Source: a virus (Duplodnaviria; Heunggongvirae; Uroviricota; Caudoviricetes). From it: DNA of 8,976 nucleotides. This document shows, piece after piece, positions 1 through 7,986 of this stretch (position 1 is its first letter; each line of letters starts with the position of its first letter). The translations under genes were made by a program, and so were the position numbers. The stretch is from positions 1 to 8,976 of the IMG/VR virus record IMGVR_UViG_2778261459_000009. One strand, 5' to 3'. The notes beneath the pieces were generated by a model. That model worked only from the letters and a program-made list of their open reading frames with translations, was not told where the DNA came from and ran no database searches.

Positions 1-294
1 TCAGAACTCCATCTGGATTTGTTCAGAACGCTCGGTTGCCGCCGGGCGTTTTTTATTGGTGAGAATCGCAGCAACTTGTCGCGCCAATCGAGCCATGTCG
101 TCGTCAACGACCCCCCATTCAAGAACAGCAAGCAGCATTGAGAACTTTGGAATCCAGTCCCTCTTCCACCTGCTGATCTGCGACTTATCAACGCCCACAG
201 CTTCCGCTGTCTTCTCAGTTCCAAGCATTGCGATTTTGTTAAGCAACGCACTCTCGATTCGTAGAGCCTCGTTGCGTTTGTTTGCACGAACCAT
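1..294 (-). CDS. cII: Transcriptional activator CII (97 aa), lambda-type
   Basis: The - strand ORF from the Met at 294-292 reads MVRANKRNEALRIESALLNKIAMLGTEKTAEAVGVDKSQISRWKRDWIPKF...ERSEQIQMEF, which matches lambda CII as I recall it. The stop is the complement of 1-3. The upstream sequence on the - strand is TAAGGAAATACTTACAT before the ATG. The longer track ORF (start 354) is an in-frame upstream extension with no ribosome-binding site. Confidence 0.93.
   Translation of the reverse strand: MVRANKRNEALRIESALLNKIAMLGTEKTAEAVGVDKSQISRWKRDWIPKFSMLLAVLEWGVVDDDMARLARQVAAILTNKKRPAATERSEQIQMEF
29..56 (+). terminator. Intrinsic terminator-like hairpin plus T-tract on the strand antisense to the cII 3' end; consistent with the 3' end of an OOP-like antisense RNA whose 5' end would lie left of the window
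   Basis: Stem about 29-35 (cgctcgg) pairing with 42-48 (ccgggcg), including one G-U pair, then tttttta at 49-55. The position opposite the cII C-terminus matches my recollection of where lambda oop terminates. Confidence 0.5.
272..285 (+). promoter_or_regulatory. CII-binding direct repeat TTGC-N6-TTGC, the -35 region of a pRE-like promoter directing transcription on the + strand toward cro and cI
   Basis: ttgcgtttgtttgc, with TTGC at 272-275 and 282-285, lies inside the 5' end of cII on the opposite strand, as in the lambda pRE arrangement. Confidence 0.55.
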
Positions 295-328
295 ATGTAA
301 GTATTTCCTTAGATAACAATTGATTGAA

Positions 329-350
329 TGTATGCAAATAAATGCATACA
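329..350 (-). other. Perfect 8-bp inverted repeat (tgtatgca / tgcataca) with a 6-nt spacer in the cro-cII intergenic leader, in the tR1 / cII-leader position
   Basis: The arms are 329-336 and 343-350 with aataaa between them. It sits between nutR and the cII ribosome-binding site. Confidence 0.4.
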
Positions 351-373
351 CCATAGGTGTGGTTTAATTTGAT

Positions 374-405
374 GCCCTTTTTCAGGGCTGGGATGTGTAA
401 GAGCG
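374..405 (-). promoter_or_regulatory. nutR N-utilisation site: boxB hairpin plus boxA
   Basis: On the - strand, boxA CGCTCTTAC is the complement of 397-405, and boxB GCCCTGAAAAAGGGC is the complement of 374-388, a 5-bp stem with a GAAAA-containing loop. It lies just downstream of cro, as in lambda. Confidence 0.75.
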
Positions 406-413
406 GGAATGTC

Positions 414-1770
<1,357 letters not shown>

Positions 1771-1820
1771 TCCCCACCTCAATCTCGATAACCAAAAAAC
1801 AAACTATTTTCCGTTTAAAA

Positions 1821-1834
1821 ACAATGGAGTTTGT
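1821..1834. promoter_or_regulatory. Operator OL3 (434-type 14-bp site)
   Basis: ACAATGGAGTTTGT, ACAA-N6-TTGT. Confidence 0.65.
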
Positions 1835-1851
1835 TTTTCATACCCCTTTTT

Positions 1852-1865
1852 ACAATATTTCTTGT
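1852..1865. promoter_or_regulatory. Operator OL2 (434-type 14-bp site)
   Basis: ACAATATTTCTTGT. Confidence 0.7.
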
Positions 1866-1894
1866 TTACAACATACAATCTTTCTTGTAATTTT
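1865..1894 (+). promoter_or_regulatory. Putative pL promoter (-35 TTTACA about 1865-1870, -10 TAATTT about 1889-1894)
   Basis: The hexamers are about 18 bp apart, overlap OL1 and OL2, and lie upstream of nutL and N on the same strand. The assignment is by eye only. Confidence 0.35.
1875..1888. promoter_or_regulatory. Operator OL1 (434-type 14-bp site), overlapping the putative pL
   Basis: ACAATCTTTCTTGT. It is the site closest to N. Confidence 0.7.
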
Positions 1895-1933
1895 AAGCCA
1901 TCAGCAGGACGCACTGACCACCATTGAAGGTGA

Positions 1934-1964
1934 TGCTCTTAAAAATTAAGCCCTGAAGAAGGGC
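1934..1964 (+). promoter_or_regulatory. nutL: boxA-like element plus boxB hairpin
   Basis: tgctcttaa at 1934-1942 is boxA-like. GCCCTGAAGAAGGGC at 1950-1964 is the lambda nutL boxB (5-bp stem, GAAGA loop). It lies about 160 bp upstream of N. Confidence 0.8.
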
Positions 1965-2122
1965 AGCATTCAAAGCAGAAGGCTTTGGGGTGTGTGATAC
2001 GAAACGAAGCATTGGCCGGAAGTGCGAATCCGGATTAGCTGCAAATGAGCCAATCGTGGGGTGTTTTCGTTCAGGACTACGACTCACACACACCACCAAA
2101 GCTAACTGACAAGAGAATCCAG

Positions 2123-2446
2123 ATGGATGCACAAACACGCCGCCGCGAACGTCGCGCAGAGAAACAGGCTCAATGGAAAGCAGCAAATCCCCTGTTGGTT
2201 GGGGTAAGCGCAAAACCAGTTAACCGCCCTATTCTCTCGCTGAATCGCAAACCGAAATCACGAGTAGAAAGCGCACTGAATCCGATAGACCTTACGGTGC
2301 TGGCTGAATACCACGAACAGATTGAAAGCAACCTGCAACGTATTGAGCGCAAGAATCATCGAGTTTGGTATAGCAAGCCAAGTGAGTTCGGTATAACTTG
2401 TCAAGGAAGACAAAAGGTTAAAGGGAAATCCATTCCATTGGCATGA
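2123..2446 (+). CDS. N: Antitermination protein N (107 aa), lambda-type, with arginine-rich boxB-binding motif
   Basis: MDAQTRRRERRAEKQAQWKAANPLLVGVSAKPVNRPILSLNRKPKSRVESALNPIDLTVLAEYH... closely matches lambda N as I recall it. The track ORF start at 2045 is an upstream in-frame extension. Confidence 0.92.
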   Translation: MDAQTRRRERRAEKQAQWKAANPLLVGVSAKPVNRPILSLNRKPKSRVESALNPIDLTVLAEYHEQIESNLQRIERKNHRVWYSKPSEFGITCQGRQKVKGKSIPLA

Positions 2447-2454
2447 GGTACGTA

Positions 2455-3324
2455 ATGAAGAAAATTGATTACAAGTCCATACCAAAACCAATAGACTCAG
2501 CATCAGAGCGAAAAAAACACAAAAAAGAGGCTGAAAAATTAGCAAATTATATCAGTTTTATTAGAAACAATGCTCACGGCGATGGCGACAGGAAGTTGCT
2601 TTCAGATGCCCGGACCCAAGCGTTCAGTATACTTCGTAAGCAGATGCAATATCGTCTTCATCCTGGCTACATAATTGAAATTCGCCCGACTGAAAGACAA
2701 TTGTTCTTATTAAACTCTGTCTTTGACTTTGTAAACGTAGTTGGAGATCTTATCGACAGGTCTGTAGATAAGGCTCCTGATACAAATAGTTTTCTTCTAA
2801 CAAATAAAGAATACTTATATGGTAAATTTGGTATAAACGGATGGCAAAAATATGTACGATTCTTACGTGCATTCGTTGATGCGTATAAAAATTCCGACAT
2901 GATTTATACATATTTGCCTGGTGGTGATAATTGTACGCTTTCGGCAGACAATAGAATATTCATACCTATACTTGGTCTTGGGCTGATTAATGCAGTAAAT
3001 GAAAGAGATGTTATAATTGTTAAGCAGTGGCGAAAGCATGAGGGATATAGATATCTGCCATGCTTTGATATATTAAAAATACAGAATAAATTCTATGTAA
3101 AAATTAAATATAAAGAAGATGTTTTCTTCCTCAGAAAAAACAAAGATCTTTTACAAGAACTTTCTGGGACAATAGATGTCATCGTAGGTTCTAGGTTTAT
3201 AAAAGAACTGAAAGAAAGCAGGTCTTTCTCTCGTGTAGAGATAAGCGAGTCAGAGTTATGGGGTATATCAAATAATCCTGTAAACCACGCTCACCAACGA
3301 AATCCAAACAAAAAGTGGTCATAA
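2455..3324 (+). CDS. AT-rich cargo gene of unknown function (289 aa) immediately downstream of N, in the position of lambda sieB/ral; candidate superinfection-exclusion or defence protein
   Basis: A 293-codon ORF begins at 2443; the likely start is the ATG at 2455, with a GAGG ribosome-binding site at 2446-2449. The base composition is visibly lower in GC than the flanking N and cIII regions, with long runs of AAA/ATA codons. I see no transmembrane segment and no motif I can name. A hairpin terminator follows directly. Confidence 0.75.
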   Translation: MKKIDYKSIPKPIDSASERKKHKKEAEKLANYISFIRNNAHGDGDRKLLSDARTQAFSILRKQMQYRLHPGYIIEIRPTERQLFLLNSVFDFVNVVGDLIDRSVDKAPDTNSFLLTNKEYLYGKFGINGWQKYVRFLRAFVDAYKNSDMIYTYLPGGDNCTLSADNRIFIPILGLGLINAVNERDVIIVKQWRKHEGYRYLPCFDILKIQNKFYVKIKYKEDVFFLRKNKDLLQELSGTIDVIVGSRFIKELKESRSFSRVEISESELWGISNNPVNHAHQRNPNKKWS

Positions 3325-3349
3325 CCCGCTCAGGCGGGTTTCATTTTCA
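3323..3349 (+). terminator. Rho-independent terminator after the AT-rich gene
   Basis: Stem aacccgc (3323-3329) and gcgggtt (3334-3340) with loop tcag, followed by the T-rich run tcattttc. Confidence 0.6.
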
Positions 3350-3466
3350 CGCAAACAACAGAATAAACACTGCACTGTGTATTCATTCCAACGAGTGAAT
3401 ACACGGAGCAATGTCGCTCGTAACTAAACAGGAGCCGACTTGTTCTGATTATTGGAAATCTTCTTT

Positions 3467-3491
3467 GCCCTCCAGTGTGAGGGCCTTTTTA
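3467..3491 (+). terminator. Second terminator-like hairpin upstream of cIII (tL-like)
   Basis: Stem gccctc (3467-3472) and gagggc (3479-3484) with loop cagtgt, followed by cttttta. Confidence 0.5.
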
Positions 3492-3556
3492 TATGCATAC
3501 CAATAACGCTTCATTCGAGGCGTTTTCGTTATGCAATCAAATATAAGGAGTTACCC

Positions 3557-3691
3557 ATGATGCACTTTCAGCTCGCGGGTAGCGGCGTCATGTCCGCTTT
3601 CTACCCGCACGAATCTGAATTATCACGCCGAGTTAAACAATTAATCAGAGCAGCAAAGAAACAACTGGAGGCGTTATGCGCAATGAAATAG
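3557..3691 (+). CDS. cIII: CIII-like protein (44 aa), a putative FtsH-inhibiting lysogeny regulator
   Basis: MMHFQLAGSGVMSAFYPHESELSRRVKQLIRAAKKQLEALCAMK shares the AGxxVxxxPxESxLxRxxxxL pattern of the lambda CIII central amphipathic helix. An AAGGAG ribosome-binding site lies 6 nt upstream of the ATG at 3557. It is in the expected position downstream of N. The track ORF start at 3452 has no ribosome-binding site. Confidence 0.75.
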   Translation: MMHFQLAGSGVMSAFYPHESELSRRVKQLIRAAKKQLEALCAMK

Positions 3692-3828
3692 CAATCAATC
3701 ACCAGATGCTTCGTGCTGCACAGAACAAAGCAGTAATAGCCAGATTTATTGGTGATTCAAAAATGTGGCTTGAAGCAAATAAAGCGATGAAATCAGCTAT
3801 CAACCTTCCGTGGTATCGCAGGAAATGA
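3676..3828 (+). CDS. kil: Kil-like small protein (50 aa), a possible host cell-division inhibitor; not present in the supplied ORF track
   Basis: ATG at 3676 with a GGAGG ribosome-binding site 5 nt upstream, overlapping the cIII 3' end. The translation is MRNEIAINHQMLRAAQNKAVIARFIGDSKMWLEANKAMKSAINLPWYRRK. The FIGD-KM--EA core resembles my recollection of lambda Kil, and the gene follows cIII as kil does in lambda. Confidence 0.5.
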   Translation: MRNEIAINHQMLRAAQNKAVIARFIGDSKMWLEANKAMKSAINLPWYRRK

Positions 3829-3909
3829 GTTTTACAGACAACTGGTCAGACGAAGAATTCATTCGTCAGATGAACAAAATGCTCAATCAGCACAAAGAAC
3901 AGGAGAAAG

Positions 3910-4221
3910 ATGATGATTCTGACTCTGAATGATAAGCGTGAAATATCGCAAATAATCGCAAGTTTTACTGATGAAGATTACGAACGAATCAACAGTGAAG
4001 TTGATCGCCTCTGCAAACGTTGCGACCCAATAAGCGAAATGCTTCGCTCATATAAACCAGATGAACATACTAAGGATGCTATCGACTGGCTGGAAGATGA
4101 TGACTGTAACTATCAGGAAAAAGCCGCTGAATGGTTCTGGGATGCAATAACCGAAAGAGTTAAGGCTGAATATGCCTTCGCAATATTTAAACGCAGACAC
4201 ATTTTTGGAGAAGCTGCATGA
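3910..4221 (+). CDS. Acidic hypothetical protein (103 aa) with a CxxC pair, immediately upstream of recT
   Basis: An AGGAG ribosome-binding site lies 4-7 nt before the ATG at 3910/3913. The stop overlaps the recT start (ATGA at 4218-4221). The protein has about 24 Asp/Glu against about 15 Lys/Arg, and includes CKRC. Confidence 0.65.
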   Translation: MMILTLNDKREISQIIASFTDEDYERINSEVDRLCKRCDPISEMLRSYKPDEHTKDAIDWLEDDDCNYQEKAAEWFWDAITERVKAEYAFAIFKRRHIFGEAA

Positions 4222-5120
4222 GCAATATCGTTGAATTCGTTAAACAGCAAGAGCAGTTATTCTGCGGAGCATTGACTGAACAGACGGTGACATGGGCTAA
4301 GGAAAGCCAGTTTGCAATTCAGTATTTCCAGAAAAACGATTACCTGGCTAAAACAGCACTGGCAAATCCAACCAGCGCACAGAACGCCATCATCAATGTT
4401 GCGGCGATCGGCATCACCTTAAACCCGGCCAGCAAACTGGCTTATCTGGTTCCTCGCGACGGCATGGTGTGCCTTGATATCAGTTACATGGGATTACTTC
4501 ACCTTGCACAGTCGACAGGATCAATTAAGTGGGGGCAATGCAAACTGGTGTACTCAAACGACACCTATGAATCAAACGGCCTTGATTCAGCACCAACCCA
4601 CAAATACAACGCATTTGGTGAGCGAGGCTCTATTGTTGGTGGTTATTGTACGGTTAAAACAGCAGATGGTGACTACCTCACTGAAGAAATGAGTCTGGCA
4701 GAAATTAAAGCTGTGGAAGCAACGAGCAAGGCAAAGAATGGACCGTGGAAGACATTCTGGGAAGAGATGGCGCGTAAAACAATAGTTAAACGCGCCAGCA
4801 AATACTGGCCTAAAGCCCAGCGACTGGATAATGCCATTCACCTGCTTAACGAAGATGAAGGTATGCATCAGGAACCAGTTATGCCGCACAAATCAGAGGA
4901 AGATATCCGCGAAGATGAACGGAAACGCCAGCAGGAAATTATGGAAAAAGCACAACTTCTTTGTGATGAAATGGTTCAGGCAGAAAACATGGATGATTTG
5001 AAGCGATATTTTGCAGAAGCATATCGCCTGACATCTGGAATGAAATTGCAGCAGAACGTACAAGCCATTTACATAGAATGCAAAGCGAAACTGGAGGTTG
5101 CCAGTGAGCAAACTGTATGA
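4218..5120 (+). CDS. recT: RecT/Red-beta family single-strand annealing protein (300 aa)
   Basis: NGPWKTFWEEMARKTIVKRASKYWP closely parallels the NGPWVTHWEEMAKKTAIRRLFKYLP segment of E. coli Rac RecT as I recall it. The overall length and layout fit the RecT family. Confidence 0.85.
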   Translation: MSNIVEFVKQQEQLFCGALTEQTVTWAKESQFAIQYFQKNDYLAKTALANPTSAQNAIINVAAIGITLNPASKLAYLVPRDGMVCLDISYMGLLHLAQSTGSIKWGQCKLVYSNDTYESNGLDSAPTHKYNAFGERGSIVGGYCTVKTADGDYLTEEMSLAEIKAVEATSKAKNGPWKTFWEEMARKTIVKRASKYWPKAQRLDNAIHLLNEDEGMHQEPVMPHKSEEDIREDERKRQQEIMEKAQLLCDEMVQAENMDDLKRYFAEAYRLTSGMKLQQNVQAIYIECKAKLEVASEQTV

Positions 5121-5586
5121 AATTGCCAATGAATACGCAAAATTGATGGATTCAGATTTAGAACCAGAGATGATTGCTGACACAATAGAAGGCATGGAAG
5201 GAGAATTTACCGATAAAATAGAGCAACTTCTTTCCGTCATTAAAAATGAATCTGGTTATGCTGAACGCCTCAAGGAAGAGGCAAAGTCACTGAATGAGCG
5301 AGCCGCAGTAATTCAAAATAAGATTGACAGCATCAAATCATATATAGCGTCATCGCTTGAAATGGTTGGCAAGAAAAATATTCGAGCAGGTATTCACCAG
5401 GTAACAATCCGCAAACCGTCAGAAACTGTAGAAATCATCGACTCAAGCGCCCTTCCTCCTGAATACGTTGAGTTTGAAACGACAATTAAAGCCGACAAAC
5501 TGGCAATCAAACACCAACTAAAAGCAGGAATAAATATCCCCGGCGCTCAACTCAAAGTTGGGAAACCTTCACTTCTTATCAAATAA
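5104..5586 (+). CDS. Gam-like / Siphovirus Gp157-family protein (about 160 aa), a putative host-nuclease inhibitor partner of RecT
   Basis: Likely GTG start at 5104 with a GGAGG ribosome-binding site at 5093-5097; the track gives a TTG at 5098. It has a coiled-coil-like N-terminus and a C-terminal part that resembles Mu-Gam/Gp157-type proteins found next to annealing proteins. The family assignment is from memory and is tentative. Confidence 0.55.
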   Translation: MSKLYEIANEYAKLMDSDLEPEMIADTIEGMEGEFTDKIEQLLSVIKNESGYAERLKEEAKSLNERAAVIQNKIDSIKSYIASSLEMVGKKNIRAGIHQVTIRKPSETVEIIDSSALPPEYVEFETTIKADKLAIKHQLKAGINIPGAQLKVGKPSLLIK

Positions 5587-5597
5587 CGGTATCGCCT

Positions 5598-5912
5598 ATG
5601 AAAAAGACTCCATGGGAGAAATGGGAAGTCGATTTCTTGCGCGAAGTAGCGGCGACAATGCCAGTTGAAGTTATCGCTGAAAAACTGGAAAGGACTGAAA
5701 AAGCAGTAATGGCGAAAGCAACAAGGATTGGAGCTGACATTGTTAGCCGACTTCGTGGAAGACGCTGGACAAGAGCCGAAGTATCACTTTTCGGTAAGTT
5801 CTCCGCAGAAGAAATAGCAATTGCAACCTGCCGCTCAATTTATTCAGTAAGAGCTATGCGATACAAGCTAAAAAAACTCGATGAAGAAAGAGCAGGCATA
5901 CGAATAAATTAA
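5598..5912 (+). CDS. Hypothetical protein (104 aa) with two tandem roughly 35-aa helix-turn-helix-like repeats
   Basis: The internal repeat is [37 protein letters not shown] against [37 protein letters not shown], with a shared W..EV..L......EEIA..L.R(T/S)..AV.A pattern. Confidence 0.6.
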   Translation: MKKTPWEKWEVDFLREVAATMPVEVIAEKLERTEKAVMAKATRIGADIVSRLRGRRWTRAEVSLFGKFSAEEIAIATCRSIYSVRAMRYKLKKLDEERAGIRIN

Positions 5913-5928
5913 CAAAGAGGAATTTACC

Positions 5929-6093
5929 ATGAGAGGACTTGCATACAATCCCGGCATTCTTCCGGCAGAAATGATTATTCGCCAACGCGTAAAGCCAATG
6001 CCATCGAGAGAGGAATTGCTTAAGAGAAATTCTTTTCCGTCAGTGAATCAAAACAAATATCTGAATGCGATGTGGCGGAGTGGGAAGAAATGA
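5929..6093 (+). CDS. Small hypothetical protein (54 aa), not in the supplied track; translationally coupled to the next gene
   Basis: ATG at 5929 with an AAAGAGG ribosome-binding site 7 nt upstream. The stop TGA at 6091-6093 overlaps the ATG at 6090-6092 of the downstream gene (ATGA). Confidence 0.45.
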   Translation: MRGLAYNPGILPAEMIIRQRVKPMPSREELLKRNSFPSVNQNKYLNAMWRSGKK

Positions 6094-6524
6094 AACAAAT
6101 GTCACTAATTGAGATGGATGGATTTCTGAAAGGTAGATGCATCCCACGAGATTTAAAGGTTAACGAAACAAACGCTGAATATCTGGTGCGTAAATTTGCT
6201 GAAGCGGAGGCCAAGTGCGCGGCGCTGGCAGCGGAGAATGCGGCAATGCATGAAACTATTGAAGCCGTTCGGAGTGTTGCGGATAACTCCAGTGGAATTG
6301 CCGGATGGCATTTGAATGGCGATATCGCTACATGGGAAGAGATTCTTCCTGAAATTAACGATATCGAAACCACAGCCACCGACGCTTTCCTGGCTGAAGT
6401 ACGGGCGAAGGGCGTGGAGATGGCTATGGAGCATATGCAGTCGAGCGGTTCGTTTTCATTTGGAGATTGCTACATATCACTTAACGAGTTCGCCGCCCAG
6501 CTTCGCAAAGGAGACAACCAGTGA
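6090..6524 (+). CDS. Hypothetical protein (144 aa)
   Basis: [15 protein letters not shown]..., with an Ala/Glu-rich helical centre. The track start at 6072 is a GTG; the ATG at 6090 is the better start because of the coupling overlap. Confidence 0.65.
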   Translation: MKQMSLIEMDGFLKGRCIPRDLKVNETNAEYLVRKFAEAEAKCAALAAENAAMHETIEAVRSVADNSSGIAGWHLNGDIATWEEILPEINDIETTATDAFLAEVRAKGVEMAMEHMQSSGSFSFGDCYISLNEFAAQLRKGDNQ

Positions 6525-6745
6525 GCGGAAAAAGAATGACTAACAGAGAGCTTGTCGATGCCGCGATTAAGCTTGCTGGTGATTTTTATTCAATGATGGG
6601 GTACACGCATCGCCCAGGCTTCAAATATTGGGAGTCTCCTCACCCGCAAGAGCAACAGGTATTTCAAATGGCCTGCCGTGCTTTTGAGGTTATTCGCGGT
6701 TCTGATGTGATGGACGCCGTTGCCGACTTGGAGGATGAAGAGTGA
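6521..6745 (+). CDS. Hypothetical small protein (74 aa), GTG start
   Basis: The GTG at 6521 overlaps the upstream stop (GTGA). An AGGAG ribosome-binding site at 6509-6513 lies 7 nt upstream. Confidence 0.6.
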   Translation: MSGKRMTNRELVDAAIKLAGDFYSMMGYTHRPGFKYWESPHPQEQQVFQMACRAFEVIRGSDVMDAVADLEDEE

Positions 6746-7311
6746 ACAAGATTGACTATCAGGCACTGCATGAAAAGGCAGAGAAAGCAACGTGGGGAGA
6801 CTGGGACTCATATAAACCACACCGTGGCGCACGTGGTTATGAGGTCCGACTAAGTAGTCAGGCCATTGCGCAACACGTTCTGAAAAACAACGCTGAATTT
6901 ATTGCTGCCTTTAATCCAAAGGTTGCTTTGGCACTACTGGATGAACGGGAAAGAAACCAGCAATACATCAAACGCCGCGACCAGGAGAACGAGGAAATTG
7001 CGCTAACGGTAGGGAAGCTGCGTGTTGAGCTGGAAGCCGCAGAGGAGCGCATTGCAGAACTGGAAAGCAACGAAGTCCGTGAAGTCGGAAATCAGTTTCT
7101 TGTTGTTCGCCATCCTGGGAAAACTCCTGTCATCAAGCACTGCACTGGTGACCTGGAAGAGTTTCTGCGGAAGTTAATCGAACAAGACCCGTTAGTAACT
7201 ATCGACATCATTACGCATCGCTATTACGGGATTGGCGGTCAATGGGTTCAGGATGCAGTTGAGTATCTGCATATGATGTCTGACGCTGGCATTCGCATCA
7301 AAGGAGATTGA
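6742..7311 (+). CDS. Ea22-like (ead/Ea22 family) early-region accessory protein (189 aa), GTG start
   Basis: The GTG at 6742 overlaps the upstream stop (GTGA). A GGAGGA ribosome-binding site lies 6 nt upstream. The N-terminus IDYQALHEKAEKATWGDW and the central coiled coil resemble prophage Ea22-like proteins as I recall them; this assignment is tentative. Confidence 0.55.
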   Translation: MNKIDYQALHEKAEKATWGDWDSYKPHRGARGYEVRLSSQAIAQHVLKNNAEFIAAFNPKVALALLDERERNQQYIKRRDQENEEIALTVGKLRVELEAAEERIAELESNEVREVGNQFLVVRHPGKTPVIKHCTGDLEEFLRKLIEQDPLVTIDIITHRYYGIGGQWVQDAVEYLHMMSDAGIRIKGD

Positions 7312-7312
7312 T

Positions 7313-7798
7313 ATGACCACTTTCACCGACAAAGAAATGATTAAAGAAATCAAAGAACGCATAGGCAGCCTGGACGCTCGAGACAATATTGAGCGCCGTG
7401 CTTATGAAATTGCTCTGGCATCGCTGGAAGCAGAGCCGGTGGCGTGGAGGGTAACATTCACGCAAATTGACCGTGAATATAACACGTTCACTGGTATGTA
7501 TTCTGACAAAGCAGAAGTCGAACGGTGGGTGCGGCTGCATAAAGCATGTAATTTTCGGGCAGATATAACACCGCTTTACACCGCCCAGCCAGTTCCGGTA
7601 ACTCCGGATGGTTGGATTCCGGTAAGCGAAAGGATGCCGGAACCTTATGAATACGTTCTTGTAACTGATGGTTTTGATGGCTGTGAGGTTATGCGTGTTA
7701 ATACAGATGGCTACTGGGGGCCAGCAAAGAGTTTATATCCAGGTAGTATTACCCACTGGATGCCACTGCCAGCAGCACCGCAGCAGGAGGTGAAGTGA
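7313..7798 (+). CDS. DUF551-domain protein (161 aa)
   Basis: The C-terminal region DGWIPVSERMPEPYEYVLVTDG...GYWGP...ITHWMPLPAAP matches the W..V.E.LP...VLV....W....THWMPLP signature of DUF551. An AAGGAG ribosome-binding site lies 6 nt upstream of the ATG at 7313. Confidence 0.75.
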   Translation: MTTFTDKEMIKEIKERIGSLDARDNIERRAYEIALASLEAEPVAWRVTFTQIDREYNTFTGMYSDKAEVERWVRLHKACNFRADITPLYTAQPVPVTPDGWIPVSERMPEPYEYVLVTDGFDGCEVMRVNTDGYWGPAKSLYPGSITHWMPLPAAPQQEVK

Positions 7799-7986
7799 GT
7801 ATGAGTGCATCACTTATAACCGCCTTCAATCAAAGTGCAAATCCAAGCAATGAGCAGGTTGTTGTGTTCGGCTGGATTGCTGAGTATTTCGAAAGCATTT
7901 TCGACGATGAATCCGCTAGGTATTGCAGGAATATTTCTGAATCACTCAAAAATCAGGTTTCTGCTCAACAGGTGGTGAAGTCGTGA
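7795..7986 (+). CDS. Hypothetical small protein (about 61-63 aa)
   Basis: The GTG at 7795 overlaps the upstream stop, with AGGAGG just upstream. An alternative ATG lies at 7801. Confidence 0.5.
   Translation: MSMSASLITAFNQSANPSNEQVVVFGWIAEYFESIFDDESARYCRNISESLKNQVSAQQVVKS

Noticed and set aside
56-316. + strand 86-aa ORF overlapping cII
   Set aside because: It is antisense to the well-supported cII gene, has no ribosome-binding site, and its translation is low-complexity. The region is better explained by cII plus the pRE/oop elements.
1893-2545. - strand ORFs 1893-2213, 2170-2352 and 2258-2545
   Set aside because: They are antisense to nutL and N, and N is unambiguous on the + strand.
2667-2900. 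- strand 77-aa ORF inside the AT-rich gene
   Set aside because: It is antisense within a longer, better-supported + strand ORF. AT-rich DNA produces fewer stop-free frames on one strand by chance, so the long + frame is the more credible.
3825-3932. 35-aa ORF overlapping the kil-like stop (ATGA)
   Set aside because: Its ribosome-binding site is only 2 nt from the ATG and the peptide is short and highly charged. The segment is more likely the untranslated spacer before the 103-aa gene.
4474-5240. Overlapping ORFs in other frames within recT and the Gam-like gene (4474-4692 +, 4587-4889 -, 4893-5240 -)
   Set aside because: They lie inside genes with clear family-level similarity on the + strand, and their translations are Cys/Phe-rich and non-protein-like.
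6020-7540. - strand ORFs 6020-6379, 6153-6434, 6590-6832, 6858-7070, 7192-7386, 7298-7540 and the + strand ORF 6316-6543
   Set aside because: They are antisense or out of frame to a continuous chain of ribosome-binding-site-supported, translationally coupled + strand genes.
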